DNA of 64,000 bases from an uncultured Alphaproteobacteria bacterium (lineage in GTDB: Bacteria; Pseudomonadota; Alphaproteobacteria; HIMB59; GCA-002718135): assembly GCA_902522865.1 (NCBI GenBank), contig CABYXC010000008.1, positions 1,059 through 65,058 on the forward strand, read 5' to 3'. Every line of letters begins with the position of its first letter. Within the stretch, counting starts at the first letter, position 1. A program made the position numbers and the translations under genes. The notes below the pieces were generated by a model. The model saw only the letters and a list, made by a program, of their open reading frames with translations. It was not told the origin of the DNA and did no database searches. Shown piece after piece: positions 61,611-64,000 of the stretch.

Positions 61611-62468
61611 TTAATTTAACATTAATGATTTTAAAAAATCTAAGTTTTCAATTAATCGCCTTAATTCTTCAGGATCTAATCCTTTTAAATTTTCTTTAAA
61701 TAAATTTTGATAGTCTAAAGTATCAATACGATCCGTATATATTTCTTTTAAAGAAATTGTATTTGAATTATCATAATCATAATTCCCAATTAATATTTTT
61801 GATAATGCAGGAAATATTAGTGATGTAGTTGTATAAGTTGCAAATCCTATTTCTCTGTCTTCGTCTTGTCTTTTATCTATAAAGGTAAAATATATAGCTA
61901 TTCTTGCTGCACGCGTTAATTCTGCAACAGATAATTCATTATCTTGAGATACATCTAAAAATGAAAAAGTTTCATTAATACAATTTGCTGGATTACTATC
62001 ATTATTACAAGTTTCTATTAATTGTGAATTCATTAAATTAATTATTTCACCATAAATAATTTGGAAGACACTTGGTATTGATTCACATTTTTCATAAACA
62101 GAATAATCTGCTGAATTTAAAAAGGAATAATCTATACCGTCCCAACCATCAGGAGCTGTAACTTCAAGTAAATTATCACCATCTTTTTTTAAAAAATAAT
62201 AATAACTACCATCTAGTTCACCCCATTTGTAAGCTGACCAATCTTCTACCTTTGATGTTTTTGATACATTAAATCCAACATATGTTTCATCAATCCACAT
62301 ACTTGTATTATTTGATATTATGAATACTTGATATTCTGCATCACAATCATCACTCCAAATACCTTGCATGTCTTTTGGAAAATTATCTTCAAAAATTAAT
62401 TCTGCATTGAGGTTGAATGGCAACAATAAAACAATACCAAAAATTAATTCTACTAAATTATTCTTCAT
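61611..62468 (-). CDS. Exported acidic protein with two EF-hand-like loops
   Basis: Signal peptide; DVSQDNELSVAE and DYDNSNTISLKE. Confidence 0.6.
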   Translation of the reverse strand: MKNNLVELIFGIVLLLPFNLNAELIFEDNFPKDMQGIWSDDCDAEYQVFIISNNTSMWIDETYVGFNVSKTSKVEDWSAYKWGELDGSYYYFLKKDGDNLLEVTAPDGWDGIDYSFLNSADYSVYEKCESIPSVFQIIYGEIINLMNSQLIETCNNDSNPANCINETFSFLDVSQDNELSVAELTRAARIAIYFTFIDKRQDEDREIGFATYTTTSLIFPALSKILIGNYDYDNSNTISLKEIYTDRIDTLDYQNLFKENLKGLDPEELRRLIENLDFLKSLMLN

Positions 62469-62967
62469 AGGGCATAACTCTTATTACATCTCCGTAAATA
62501 ATTACGACTCTTTGACCATTTGGAAGGGCATTATCATCTCCTTGCACAAAAGCTTTTTCTTGATCATTTTGGCAATTAGAAATTGCATTACCACATTCAT
62601 CAATATTCACTATATATTGAAAGCCATCATGATTACCAATTTTAGCTTGTATTACTGAGCCCATAGCAGCTCCTCCAATAGTTCCATATACTATCGCTAT
62701 ATCTTGACACTTTGTTCCTAATATTTCTTCTTCTCCACATATTTGAGAAGCTAAAAGACCTCCTATCATTGCTCCAGCAGTGGCTCCAATCCAATCACTT
62801 TCACCTTCAATTTTTACTGGAAGAGAGGTTTTAATTGTTCCATATTCAATATTAGTTACTTTTTGTGCATCAGATTTTTTTACTTTATTTGGAGATGTTG
62901 TATTACAAGAGATTAGTGCAAAACTAATTATAAGAGGAATTACCAATAATTTTACTAATTTGGTCAT
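62458..62967 (-). CDS. Glycine-zipper outer-membrane lipoprotein (SlyB/Pcp-like)
   Basis: Lipobox LISC; GATAGAMIGGLL and GTIGGAAMG; VQG..GQRV. Confidence 0.75.
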   Translation of the reverse strand: MTKLVKLLVIPLIISFALISCNTTSPNKVKKSDAQKVTNIEYGTIKTSLPVKIEGESDWIGATAGAMIGGLLASQICGEEEILGTKCQDIAIVYGTIGGAAMGSVIQAKIGNHDGFQYIVNIDECGNAISNCQNDQEKAFVQGDDNALPNGQRVVIIYGDVIRVMPYEE

Positions 62968-63063
62968 TAATTTATAACTTATTATAGTTAAAAATTGTCT
63001 AAAATAAGCAATTAATTTTAATAAATCATATAAATTTTCTAATAACTTACTATTTAAATATCG

Positions 63064-64000
63064 ATGAAAAGTTTATTTTTAATTCTTGGAAATCAATTAT
63101 TCCCACATAAACACCTCAGAAAATATAAAGACTCAACTATTTTTATGTGTGAAAGTTTTGATCTTTGTACCTTTCAAAAACATCATAAATTAAAACTCAT
63201 TCTTTTTCTGTCCTCAATGAGATCTTATGCTGATGAATTAAAAAAAAATAAATTTAAAGTAAACTATATTGATTTAAAAAAAGATTTTAAAATATCCTAC
63301 GAAAAAAAATTAGAAAATTTTATAAAAAAAAATAAATTCGAAGAATTAATTTCTTTTGAAATTGAAGATAAATTTTTTGAAAAAAAAATAAGCACCTTAT
63401 GTAAAAAAAATAAAATTAAATTAAATTTTATTCAATCACCCATGTTTTTAAATTCAAGAGATGAATTTAAAAATTATTTAAGTAAAACAAAAAAACCTTT
63501 TATGGCAAATTTTTATAAAATTGCTCGTGCAAAGATAGATATATTGATGGAAAATAATAAGCCCAAAGGTGGAAAATGGAGCTTTGATGAAGATAACAGA
63601 AAAAAACTCCCTAAAGATATTAAAATACCAGAAATGATTACTGCAAAAGAAACAAAGCATACAAAAGTTTTAAAACAAGAAATAAATAAAATTTTTAAAA
63701 ATCACCCAGGCCAAGTTGATAATTTTTGGCTACCTACAACTTATGATGATGCAATTAAATGGTTAGATTATTTTATTATTAAAAAATTTAATTTATTTGG
63801 TGATTACGAAGATGCAGTTGATACTAATAATAACTTTTTATTTCATAGTGTCCTAAGCCCCATGATTAATTTAGGTTTATTGACACCAGATCTAATAATT
63901 GAGAGGGTAAGAAAAGTTGAAAATAAAATTAAAATTAATTCTTATGAAGGTTATATTAGGCAAATTATTGGATGGAGAGAATTCATTAGGGGAATTTACC
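63064..64000 (+). CDS. Cryptochrome/photolyase of the PhrB/FeS-BCP type, truncated by the window end
   Basis: Translated by hand: MKSLFLILGNQLF, HHKLKL..SMR, GGKWSFDEDNR, FGDYEDA, FHSVLSP, EGYIRQIIGWREF. Confidence 0.88.
   Translation, partial: MKSLFLILGNQLFPHKHLRKYKDSTIFMCESFDLCTFQKHHKLKLILFLSSMRSYADELKKNKFKVNYIDLKKDFKISYEKKLENFIKKNKFEELISFEIEDKFFEKKISTLCKKNKIKLNFIQSPMFLNSRDEFKNYLSKTKKPFMANFYKIARAKIDILMENNKPKGGKWSFDEDNRKKLPKDIKIPEMITAKETKHTKVLKQEINKIFKNHPGQVDNFWLPTTYDDAIKWLDYFIIKKFNLFGDYEDAVDTNNNFLFHSVLSPMINLGLLTPDLIIERVRKVENKIKINSYEGYIRQIIGWREFIRGIY

Overview
A very AT-rich, tightly packed 64-kb chromosomal segment. The core gene order (yajC-secD-secF, sod, uvrA/ssb, gyrA-coaD-tRNA-Lys, recG/sdhE-mfd, mltB-rlpA-dacA-tmk-holB-metG-tatD) indicates an alphaproteobacterium, by inference a streamlined marine SAR11/HIMB59(AEGEAN-169)-like lineage. 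From about 34.6 kb the window is mostly accessory: EamA/DMT transporters (7 in the window), two 2OG-Fe(II) oxygenases, an HDAC-family deacylase, an orphan TupA, a TTC38-like/apionate lactonase/apiose dehydrogenase-like operon and a partial PhrB-type photolyase. The most unusual items are three. (1) A tRNA-Ser(UGA)-anchored stack at 24.6-26.8 kb holds two divergent sulfotransferases and three tRNA-Ser copies (truncated, chimeric-looking, intact), with a palindromic arm-site-like spacer and no integrase. (2) An 870-aa protein joins two cNMP-binding domains, a PlsC-type acyltransferase and an SGNH hydrolase. (3) An unnamed GTGGCAC...GTGYCAC stem-loop element occurs twice in divergent intergenic regions. 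I saw no CRISPR array, rRNA, transposase or integrase. All family calls come from motif recognition, not database searches.
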